Shown here one piece after another: positions 35,341 to 46,549 of a stretch of 64,000 bases of DNA. Source of the DNA: Pristiophorus japonicus (Eukaryota); the NCBI RefSeq assembly GCF_044704955.1, contig NC_091987.1, positions 26,164,001 to 26,228,000 of the forward strand, given 5' to 3'. The notes below the pieces were generated by a model that was given only the letters and a program-made list of their open reading frames with translations, made no database searches and was not told the DNA's origin. Numbering within the stretch: the stretch's first letter is position 1; every line of letters starts with the position of its first letter. Position numbers and translations under genes: made by a program.

Positions 35341-38300
35341 GTGCAGCTACAGCGGGAGAGAAAGCAAAATAGAAGTAGAAAGGAATCAAAAGGTGACGTC
35401 ACAGCCAATGGGGTAAGTGATTGGCTGGTGATTGGTGAGTAGCTTTTCTTTTAATTTTTTATATCAGTAAGTGAACTGTAACATTGTTATTACCAATTTA
35501 AGGGTATCTAAGGGTTAAGGCATTGCAGGAGAGCTCGGTCACGTGATATGCTCCTCCTGTACCATGTGGGAACTCAGGGACACTTCCGGTGTCCCTGAGG
35601 ACTACGTGTGTGAGAAGTGTATCCGCCTCGAGCTCCTGATGGTCCGCATTGCGGAATTGGAGCTGAGGGTGGATTCACTCTGGAGCATCCACGATGCTGA
35701 GAATGACGTGAGTATCACGTGTAGTGAGTTGGTCTTACCGCAGAAGGGTCCACAGCCAGATAGGGAATGGAAGACCAGCAGGAAGAGCAGTGCAAGGAAG
35801 GTAGTGCAGGGGTCCCCTGCGGTCATCCCCCTGCAAAACAGATACACCGCTTTGAGTACTGTTGGGGGGGATGACTCATCAGGGGAGAGCAGCAGCAGCC
35901 AAGTTCATGGCACCATGTCTGGCTCTGCTGCACAGGAGGGCAGGGAAAAGAGTGGGAGCACGATAGTGATAGAGGATTCGATGGTGAGGGAAATAGATAG
36001 GCATTTCTGCGGCCGCAACCGAGACTCCAGGATGGTATGTTGCCTCCCTGGTGCAAGGGTCAAGGATGTCTCAGAGCGGGTGCAGGACATTCTGAAATGG
36101 GAGGGAGAACAGCCAGTTGTCGTGGTGCACATTGATACCAACGACATAGGTAAAAAAAGGAGATGAGGTCCTACGAAACAAATTTAAGGAGCTAGGAGCT
36201 AAATTAAAAAGTAGAACCTCAAAAGTAGTAATCTCGGGATTGCTACCAGTGCCACGTGCTAGTCAGAGTAGGAATCGCAGGATAGCGCAGATGAATACGT
36301 GGCTTGAGCAGTGGTGCAGCAGGGAGGGATTCAAATTCCTGGGGCATTGGAACCGGTTCTGGGGGAGGTGGGACCAGTACAAACCGGACGGTCTGCACCT
36401 GGGCAGGAGGGGAACCAATGTCCTAGGGGGAGTGTTTGCTAGTGCTGTTGGGGAGGAGTTAAACTAATATGGCAGGTGGATGGGAACTAATGCAGGGAGA
36501 CAGAGGGAGACAAAAAGGAGGCAAAAGCAAAAGACAGAAAGGAGATGAGGAAAAGTGGAGGGCAGAGAAAACCAAGGCAAAGAACAAAGAGGGCCATTGT
36601 ACAGCAAAATTCTAAAAGGACAAAGGGTGTAAAAAAAAACAAGCCTGAAGGCTTTGTGTCTTAATGCAAGGAGTATCCGCAATAAGGTGGATGAATTAAC
36701 TGTGCAAATAGATGTTAACAAATATGATGTGATTGGGATTACGGAGACGTGGCAACAGGATGATCAGGGCTGGGAACTCAACATCCAGGGGTATTCAACA
36801 TTCAGGAAGGATAGAATAAAAGGAAAAGGAGGTGGGGTAGCATTGCTGGTTAAAGAGGAGATTAATTAATGCAATAGTTAGGAAAGACATTAGCTTGGAT
36901 GATGTGGAATCTATATGGGTAGAGCTGCAGAACACCAAAGGGCAAAAAACGTTAGTGGGAGTTGTGTACAGACCTCCAAACAGTAGTAGTGATGTTGGGG
37001 AGGGCATCAAACAGCAAATTAGGGGTGCATGAAATAAAGGTGCAGCAGTTATAATGGGTGACTTTAATATGCACATAGATTGGGCTAGCCAAACTGGAAG
37101 CAATACGGTGGAGGAGGATTTCCTGGAGTGCATAAGGGATGGTTTTCTAGACCAATATGCCGAGGAACCAACTAGGGGGGAGGCCATCTTAGCCTGGGTG
37201 TTGTGTAATGAGAGAGGATTAATTAGCAATCTCATTGTGCGAGGCCCCTTGGGGAAGAGTGACCATAATATGGTGGAATTCTGCATTAGGATGGAGAATG
37301 AAACAGTTAATTCAGAGACCATGGTCCAGAACTTAAAGAAGGGTAACTTTGAAGGTATTAGGCGTAAATTGGCTAGGATAGATTGGCGAATGATACTTAA
37401 GGGGTTGACTGTGGATGGGCAATGGCAGACATTTAGAGACCGCATGGATGAATTACAACAATTGTACATTCCTGTCTGGTGTAAAAATAAAAAAGGGAAG
37501 GTGGCTCAACCGTGGCTATCTAGGGAAATCAGGGATAGTATTAAAGCCAAGGAAGTGGCATACAAATTGGCCAGACATAGCAGCGAACCTGGGGACTGGG
37601 AGAAATTTAGAACTCAGCAGAGGAGGACAAAGGGTTTGATTAGGGCAGGGAAAATGAAGTACGAGAAGAAGCTTGCAGGGAACATTAAGGCGGATTGCAA
37701 AAGTTTCTATAGGTATATGAAGAGAAAAAGGTTGGTGAAGACAAACGTAGGTCCCCTGCAGTCAGAATCAGGGGAAGTCATAACGGGGAACAAAGAAATG
37801 GCAGACCAATTGAACAAGTACTTTGGTTCAGAATTCACTAAGGAGGGCACAAACAACCTTCTGGATATAAAACGTGTCAGAGGGTCTAGTAAGGAGGAGG
37901 AACTGAGGGAAATCTTTATTAGTCGGGAAATTGTGTTGGGGAAATTGATGGGATTGAAGGCCGATAAATCCCCAGGGCCAGATGGACTGTATCCCAGAGT
38001 ACTTAAGGTGGTCGCCTTGGAAATAGCGGATGCATTGACAGTCATTTTCCAACATTCCATTGACTCTGGATCAGTTCCTATCGAGTGGAGGGTAGCCAAT
38101 GTAACCCCACTTTTTAAAAAAGGAGGGAGAGAGAAAGCAGGGAATTATAGACCGGTCAGCCTGACCCCAGTAGTGGGTAAAATGATGGAATCAATTATTA
38201 AGGATATCATAGCAGCGCATTTGGAAAATGGTGACATGATAGGTCCAAGTCAGCATGGATTTGTGAAAGGGAAATCATGCTTGACAAATCTTCTGGAATT

Positions 38301-39555
38301 TTTTGAGGATGTTTCCAGTAAAGTGGACAAAGGAGAACCAGTTGATGTGGTATATTTGGACTTTCAGAAGGCTTTCGACAAGGTCCCACACAAGAGATTA
38401 ATGTGCGAAGTTAAAGCACATGGGATTGGGGGTAGTGTGCTGACGTGGATTGAGAACTGGTTGGCAGACAGAAAGCAAAGAGTAGGAGTAAATGGGTACT
38501 TTTCAGAATGGCAGGCAGTGACTAGTGGGGTACCGCAAGGTTCTGTGCTGGGGCCCCAGCTGTTTACATTGTATATTAATGATTTAGACGAGGGGATTAA
38601 ATGTAGTATCTCCAAATTTGCGGATGACACTAAGTTGGGTGGCAGTGTGAGCTGCAAGGAGGATGCTATGAGGCTGCAGAGTGACTTGGATAGGTTAGGT
38701 GAGTGGGCAAATGCATGGCAGATGAAGTATAATGTGGATAAATGTGAGGTTATCCACTTTGGTGGTAAAAACAGAGAGACAGACTATTATCTGAATGGTG
38801 ACAGATTAGGAAAAGGGAAGGTGCAACGAGACCTGGATGTCATGGTACATCAGTCATTGAAGGTTGGCATGCAGGTACAGCGGGCGGTTAAGAAAGCAAA
38901 TGGCATGTTGGCCTTCATAGCGAGGGGATTTGAGTACAGGGGCAGGGAGGTGTTGCTACAGTTGTACAGGGCCTTGGTGAGGCCACACCTGGAGTATTGT
39001 GTACAGTTTTGGTCTCCTAACTTGAGGAAGGACATTCTTGCTATTGAGGGAGTGCAGCGAAGATTCACCAGACTGATTCCCGGGATGGTGGGACTGACCT
39101 ATCAAGAAAGACTCGATCAACTGGGCTTGTATTCACTGGAGTTCAGAAGAGTGAGAGAGGACCTCATAGAAACGTTTAAAGTTCTGATGGGTTTGGACAG
39201 GTTGGATGCAGGAAGAATGTTCCCAATGTTGGGGAAGCCCAGAACCAGGGGTCACAGTCTGAGGATAAGGGGTAAGCCATTTCGGACCGAGATGAGGAGA
39301 AACTTCTTCACCCAGAGAGTGGTGAACCTGTGGAATTCTCTACCACAGAAAGTAGTTGAGGCCAATTCACTAAATATATTCAAAAGGAAGTTAGATTAAG
39401 TTCTTCCTACTCGGGGGATCAAGGGGTATGGCGAGAAAGCAGGAAGGGGTACTGAAGTTTCATGTTCAGCCATGAACTCATTGAATGGCGGTGCAGGCTA
39501 GAAGGGCTGAATGGCCTGCTCCTGCACCTATTTTCTATGTTTCTATGTTTCTATG
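35048..39555 (+). mobile_element. Near full-length young CR1 LINE in TRBC intron 3, nested in an older CR1 3' end (34435-35047 and 39556-39648)
   Basis: Tandem 5' repeats; ORF1 remnant (CxxC...CxxC finger plus SGNH-esterase-like CLPGARV/VVVHIDTNDIG, 35543-36467, frameshifted); ORF2 EN (CLNARSIRNK, GDFN, SDH) with lesions; 781-aa open stretch 37054-39399 with RT motifs; (TTTCTATG)n tail. Confidence 0.95.
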
Positions 39556-39683
39556 AATGATCAGCCATGATCTTACTGAATGGTGGTGCAGGCTCGAAGG
39601 GCCAAATGGCCTACTCCTGCACCTATTTTCTATGTTTCTATATTTCTACATTATTGACACAATCTTTTTCCTTCCTGTTCCAG

Positions 39684-39716
39684 TTCTCGGGAAAGCTGGT
39701 GAAAGGATTTGATTGA
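39684..39716 (+). CDS. TRBC: TRBC exon 4 coding part (cytoplasmic tail FSGKLVKGFD*)
   Basis: Strong acceptor ctttttccttcctgttccag|, phase 0 continuing exon 3, short basic tail and TGA; unique sequence follows. Confidence 0.82.
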   Translation, partial: FSGKLVKGFD

Positions 39717-39974
39717 ACTCCTTGGGCCAGAGATGCAGCAAGAGAACATATCCTTAAAAAATAAGTGAAAGAAGGAGAAGTCGAGAGGAAAATAATTGTA
39801 TAATTGACATGTTGTCGTTTTTACTGGTTAGTAATAGTTTTTCCGCTTCCGAACCATGGAAGATGAATTATAATTGAAGATAATAGTTTTATTGGACACT
39901 TTGGATTGTAGCACGTTAGAATTTATGCCTATATCTCCTTTTTCACCATTTAACTACTAGGCTAGCTGAGCTGG

Positions 39975-40740
39975 TTTTACATAGGATTACACAGAATATA
40001 CGGCATAGAAACAGGTCATTCAGCTCAACCAGTCCATGCTGGAATTTATGCTCCAATCGAACCTCCTCCCGTCTTTCCTCATCTAAATCTATCAGCATGA
40101 CCCTGTATTCCCTTCTCCCTCATGTGCTTGTTTAGCGTCCCCTTGAATACATCTATACAATTCGCTGCAACCACTCCTTGTGGCAGCAAGTTCCACATTC
40201 TCACCACTCTTTTAGTAAAGAAGTTTGTTCTAACTTTCCTGTTGGATTTCTTGGTGAATATCTTATATTGATGGTCTCTAGTTATGCTCTTCCCCAGGAG
40301 TGGAAATATTCTCTCTGTATCCGCTCGATGAAAACCTTTCATAATTTTAAAGACCTCTATCAGGTCACCCCTTCTTATTACAAGAGAAAAGAGATCCAGC
40401 CTGTTCATCGTTTCCTGATACGTATACCCTCGCATTTCTGGTATCATCCTTGTAAATCTTCTTTGCAGTGTATCCAGTGCCTCAATATTAGTTTTTTTTT
40501 AATATGGGGTACAGAACTCTACGCAGTACTCCAAGTGTGGACTAAACAAGGTTAAATACAGGTTTAGCATAATTTCACTATACTATTCAAATATAATCCT
40601 TCAGAAATGAACCCTCATGTTTGGTTTGCTTTTTTGTGGCCTTGCTAACCTATGTCGCAACCTTTTGCAATTTTTATTTTTGAATTTCATTGTTCCTCTA
40701 CCTCCAAGTAATAAGTGATCTCGCCATTCTTCCTACCATA
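39975..40740 (-). mobile_element. CR1 3' fragment
   Basis: RGDLIEVFKIMKG remnant. Confidence 0.8.
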
Positions 40741-40884
40741 GCTTGGTTAAGATTGTTGAACTGGTTGAGCTGATTGTGAAGCCTTATTTATCTCTTTGAC
40801 GAGGCACATAACAATGTTTATTTCTTTAAGCTGCACCTCTAAGAAATGCACTTCTCTCTCTTGTAACTCATCATCAAAAATTTT

Positions 40885-40890
40885 AATAAA
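40885..40890 (+). terminator. Candidate TRBC polyadenylation signal
   Basis: First AATAAA I found downstream of the stop codon. Confidence 0.4.
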
Positions 40891-40984
40891 CTATCTGTTG
40901 AAACGATCATTTGTGAGAACTGTACATTCCATTCATGAAATAATCTTGTACCGAACTTTTCAGTCTGCCACTTTAATGCAGAGA

Positions 40985-41435
40985 ATACAGTGTCTACACA
41001 GGGACGAGTAATAGCAGAAACAGACAAGAGATACAGGGTTTAAAGAACACCAGTAATTGCAGGGAATCCACCAACACATATAGGGTCTAAACGAACATGA
41101 GTATTTGATGAAATATACAACAGTTAGAGGATCTAAAGGGACACCAGGAATTGAGGGAATAGCCAACAGATACAAGATCTAATGTGAGACAGATAATTGC
41201 AAGAAACATCAAAAGCTGTAGCTTCTATAGGGATAATGACTTTGCATGAGATACACAGCAGATATTGGCCTAGCGGGACACAGGAGATAGCAGAAATATA
41301 CAGCAAATACAGGGTCAGGACGCACAACGGAAATTCCAAAAAACAAAAACCAGATAGAGGGACTACAGGACTCCAGATTTTACAGAAACACACACCAGAT
41401 ACAGGGTCAAGAGGGAGAGCACACTCGGGGAGATG
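40985..41435. repeat. Degenerate ~45-bp minisatellite (further blocks at ~46405-46545, 46975-47190, 50045-50270)
   Basis: Recurring cagatacagggtctagagggacaccag...ttgcaggaaatacacaa-like unit. Confidence 0.7.
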
Positions 41436-41439
41436 ATAC

Positions 41440-44400
41440 CTGTACAAACTGGAATGGATTGCACCTCAACAGCGTCGGGACCAATATCCTCATGGGGAGT
41501 TTTGCTCGTGTTGTTGCGGAGAGTTTAAACTAGCTTGCCAGGGGAATGGGAACCTGAGAACAAATTCAATAGTGAAGGAAGTAAAGCAGAAATTGGATAG
41601 CAAGCCTTTAGATAGCGAATGGGTAAGACAGAGGAAACAAGAGTCAGTAAGTACTAATGAAGGAGGTCTTCCTGTGCTAATGGTATATTCTTCAATGCGA
41701 GGAGTATAGCGAATAAGGCCGATGAACTAAGAGCACAGGTAGATACTTGGGAGTATGAAATTATAGCCAATACAGAAACATGGATGAAAGAGGGGCAGGT
41801 TTGGCAGATTAATATTCCTGGTTACAGGATTTTTAGACAAGATAGAGAGTGGGGCAAAGGCGGGGTGGGGTTTCACGGTACTGATTAAAGTAACTATTAC
41901 AGCGGTGAGAAGTGATGATATGTTATCGGGATCATCAAATGAGACCAAATGGGGCGAATTGAAAAATAAAAAAGGGGTGATCACACTGCTGAGCATGTAT
42001 TATAGACCCCCAAATAGTGGGAGTGAGATGGAGGAGCAAATATATTGGCAAATTGCTGTGAAGTCCAAAAGCCATAGGGTAGTAATAGTTGGTGATTTTA
42101 ACTATCCAAATATTGATTGGTACAAATATAGTATGAAGGGTATAGAGCGTGCGGAATTCTTAAAATGCATTCAAGAGAATTTTTTTAGTCAGTATGTAAC
42201 AAGTCCAACAAGAGAGGGAGCGGTTTTGGATTTAGTTTTGGGGAATGAAGCTGGGCAGGTTGAAGGTGTATTTGAGGGAGAGCACCTGCGTGGCAGCGAC
42301 CATAATTCAGTCAGATTCAAGTTAATTATGGATAAGGACAAGGATAGGCCTGGAATAAAAGTCCCAAATTGGGGAAAAGCTAACTTTGTTAAGTTGAGGA
42401 GTGCATTGGCCACAGTCGAATGGAAACAGCAACTTGTGGTAAATCAGTGTCGGAAGGCTCAGGCCAAACGTGTGCCCTTAAAGAAAAAGGGCGTGAATAA
42501 CAATTCTAGAGTCCACTGGATGTCGAAGGACTTACAGGGAAGGATAAGAAAAAGGGAAGCTTATGTCATATAACAACGGCTGAATTCCATAGAATCTTTA
42601 AAGGAATATAGAAAGTTTAGAGGCAATATTAAAAAGGATAAGAGAGAGCACGAGAAATTCTTGGGCAGTAAAATTAAGGAAAACTCTAAGATGTTCTATA
42701 AATATATTAAGAGTAAGAAGGTAACTAAAGAAACGGTAGGTCCTATTATAGACCATGTGTTGAGCCAGAAGAAGTTGGTATGGTTCTTAACGAAAACTTT
42801 GCATCTGTTTTCACAAAGGAAGGAAGCAATGCAGATACTGCTATCAAGGAGGAGTGTGATATTCTGGATGAAATAAATGTAGTGAGAGAGGAAGTATTAC
42901 GGGGTTTGGCAGCTTTGAAAGTATAGACGTCCCCAGGCCCGGATGAAAAGCCTCCCAGACTATTGTGTAAAATAATGGAGGAAATAGTTGAGTGCTTGAC
43001 CATCATTTTCCAATCCTCTTTGGATTTGGATATGCTGTCGGTGGATTGGAGGACTGCTAATGTGGTCAGCCCACACTATGATATGTGGTGCACTCGGTCT
43101 GTGTAGCAGAGCAGGTCTCCAGTCGTGTTGGTTAACTGCCACTGGACTAAGACCTAGCTCTGTCAAGCCCGTGTGGTGGCTGGTGTGCAACGGTCACCCC
43201 ACGTTAAAAAAATCCACGCACATGCATCTTCCACCCTTGAAGTTGTAGTTCGGGTTCTTCATTCGAAACACCTGTGAACGTAACCGTTTTTGGCATAGAA
43301 GCAAGTCATCTTCCTTTTGAGGGACTGCCTATGATGATGATGAACCTTGTTTAAGAACGGAAAAGTTATAGGACAGTAATCACAGGCCTGTCAGCCTAAC
43401 CTCAGTGGTGGGAAAATTATTGGAAACAATCCTGAAAGATAGGATAAATCTACATTTGGAAAGCAAGGATTAATTAGGGACAGAGCACGGATTTGTAAAA
43501 GGAAGATCGTGTTTGAATAAACTGATTGAAATTTTTGAGGAAGTAACCAACAGGGTTGATGAGGGTAGTGCATACGATGTAGTATATATGGACTTTAGCA
43601 AAGCTTTTGATAAGGTCCCACATGGTAGACTGGTCATGAAGGTTAAAGCCCATGGAATACAGGGCAAAGTGGCAAGTTGGATCCAAAATTGGCTTGAAGG
43701 TAGGAAGCAAAGGGTATTGATTGATGGATGCTTTTTGACAGGAATTATGTTTCTAGTGGGGTTCCGCAGGGCGCAGTACTGTGACCCTTGCTTTTTGTGG
43801 TATATATCAACGATTTAGATTTGAATATAGGGAGTATGATTAAGAAGTTTGCAGATGACACTAAAATTGGATGTGTGATTGATAATGAAGAGGAAAGTCA
43901 TGGGCTGCAGGAGAATATCAATCTACTAGTCAGGTGGACAGTGCAATGGCAAATGGAATTTAATTCAGACAAATGTGAGGTAATTCCCTTTGGGAGGACT
44001 AATAAGGAAAGAGTATACACATTAAGCGTTTGGTCTTTTTAATGTGTAGACGAACAAATGGAGCTTGGAGTGTTTGTTCACAGATCCCTGAAAGTAGCAG
44101 GCCAGGCGGATAAGGTGCTTAAGAAGGCATACGGAATGTTTGCCTTTATTGGCCAAGGCTTAGAATATAAGAGCAGGGAGGTTATGCTTAAATTGAATAA
44201 AAATTTGATTAGGCTACAGCTGGAGTGCTGCATGCAGTTCTGGTCGGATGGCCGTAATTGCACTAGAGAGATTACAGAGGAGATTTACTAGGATGCTGCC
44301 TGGAATGGAGAATCTTAGTTATGAGGACAGATTGGATAGGCTGGATTTGTTCTCATTGGAACAGAGAAGATTGCGAGGAGACAGGCAGAGTCAGCATGGA

Positions 44401-46400
44401 TTTATGAAGTTGAAGTCATGTTTGACAAATTGCTGGAGTTCTTTGAGGATGTAATGAACAGGGTGGATAAAGGGGAACCAATGGATGAGGTATATTTGGA
44501 CTTCCAGAAGGCATTTGACCAAGTGCCACATAAAAGGTTATTGCTCAAGATAAATGTTCACGGGGTTGGGGGTAATATATAAGCATAGATAGAGGATTGG
44601 CTAATGAACATAGAACAGAGAGACGGGATAAATGGTTCATTCTCTGGTTGGCAACCAGTAACTAGTGGGGTGCCGCAGGGATCAGTGCTGGGACCCCAAA
44701 TATTTACAATCTCTATTGATGAGTTGTAAGAAGGGACTGTGTGAAACGTAGCCACGTTTGCTGACGATACATAGGTGGGAGGAAAAGCAATGAGTGAGGA
44801 GAAAACAAAAAATCTGCAACAGGGCATGGACAGGCTAAGTGAGTGGGCAAAAATTTGGCAGGTGAAGTATAATGTTGGAAAGTGTGAGGTTATGCATTTT
44901 GGTAGAAACAATCAAAGAGCAAGTTATTATCTAAATGCAGAAAGATTGTAAAGTGCCGCAGTACAGCGGGACCTGGGGGTCCTTGTGCATGAAACACAAA
45001 AGGATAGTATGAGGTACAGCAAGAAATCAGAAAGGCCAATATTGCAAAGGGGATGGAGTATAAAAGCAGGGAAGTCTTACTTCAGCTATATAAGGCATTG
45101 GTGAGGCCACACCTGGAATACTGCGTGCAGTTTTGGTTTCCATATTTACGAAAGGATATAATTGCTTTGGAGGCACTTCAGAGAAGATTCAATAGGTTGA
45201 TTCCGACGATGAGGGGGTTGACTTATGAGGAATGGTTGAGTAGGTTGGGCGTCTACTCATTGGCATTCAGAAGAATGAGAAGTGATCTTATCGAGATGTA
45301 TAAGATTATGAGAGGGATTGACAGGGTGGATGCAGTGAGGATGTTTCCACTGATAGGGGAGATGAGAACTAGAGGGCATAATCTTAGAATGAGGGACCGA
45401 CCATTTAAAACAGAGATGATGAGAAATTTCTTCTCTCAGAGGGTTAAGAATCTGTGGAATTCGCTGCCTCAGAGAGCTGTGGAAGCTGGGACATTGAATA
45501 AATTTAAGACAGCAATAGACGGTTTCTTAATTGATAAGGCGATAAGGGGTTATGGGGAGCGCGCAGTGAAGTGGAGCTGAGTCCATCCTCAGATCAGCCA
45601 TGATATTATTGAATGGCGGATCAGGCTCGAGGGGCCGTATGGCCTACTCCTGCACCAATTCTTATGCTCCAATGTTCTTATATTCTTATGGGACGTCATT
45701 GAGGTCTACAAAATATTGAGGGCCCTGGACATAGTGGATAGCAAGGGCCTACTTCCATTGGTGGAGTGGTCTATTATGAGGGAGCATAGTTTAAGTTGGT
45801 TGGTGGAAGGTTTAGAGGGGATTTGAGAGTTTCTGGTTGTGGGGTTCTGGGACTCACTGCCTGGAAGAGTGGTGGATGTAGAAACACTCACCACTTTTAA
45901 GAGATGGTTGGATGGCCACTTAAATTGCAGTAACCTGCAGGATTACGGAGCTAGAGCTGGTAATTGAAATTAGACTGGATGACCTTTTGTTGGACGGTGC
46001 AGATATAATGGTAAGTGCTGCAGGGAATAGAATACGGCCGACGTGATCTCCTGTACTAGTTTCTATCGCCTGGATGGGTTGGAGAGGAATTTTCACAGAT
46101 GTTTTCCCCCAAATTGGCCTGGGTTTTTATCTGGTTTTTTGCCTCTCCCAGGAAATCACATGGTTCTGTTTGGGGTGGAGTGCAGAATGTTTCAATATAA
46201 GGGCTGTCGCAGTGGTGTGGGGCAGACTGGTTGGGCTGAAAGCTCTTTGCCTTCCATCATTGTTCATTGTTCATAGATTTATATGTCACCTTCAGGGCTG
46301 CTGACAGAGGGCCATGCAGCTCTTTTTGGCCTGCGTGGACACGATGGGCCGAACTGGCCTCATTCTGTGCTGTAAATTTCTATGTTTCTTTATTTCTATG
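41440..46400 (+). mobile_element. Degenerate near-complete CR1 ORF2 with nested insertions (SINE-like element ~43065-43343; CR1 ~44380-45690)
   Basis: EN motifs (YRPPN, GDFNYP, SDH) and RT motifs; host sequence resumes after each insert. Confidence 0.85.
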
Positions 46401-46549
46401 ATTCTACCAGATATTGCAGAAAGCCAAACCATATGCAGGGTCTAGAGGGAGAAAAATATTAAACACACGCCAGATACAGGGAGTTACAGGAAACGCACAA
46501 CAGGTACAGAATCTAGAGGGATACCAAACATTGCAGAAGAAAACAGAAG

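Noticed and set aside
37054-39399. 781-aa RT ORF as a domesticated gene or active element
   Set aside because: Standard CR1 ORF2 with upstream frameshift/stop lesions and a frameshifted ORF1
26790-39716. Assignment as TCR gamma, delta, NARTCR or Ig
   Set aside because: A single 12/23 D with GGGACA core, 12-RSS J, KATIVCL motif, 18-nt hinge exon, single TM Lys and separate coding tail exon all fit beta; no NAR or IgH V seen
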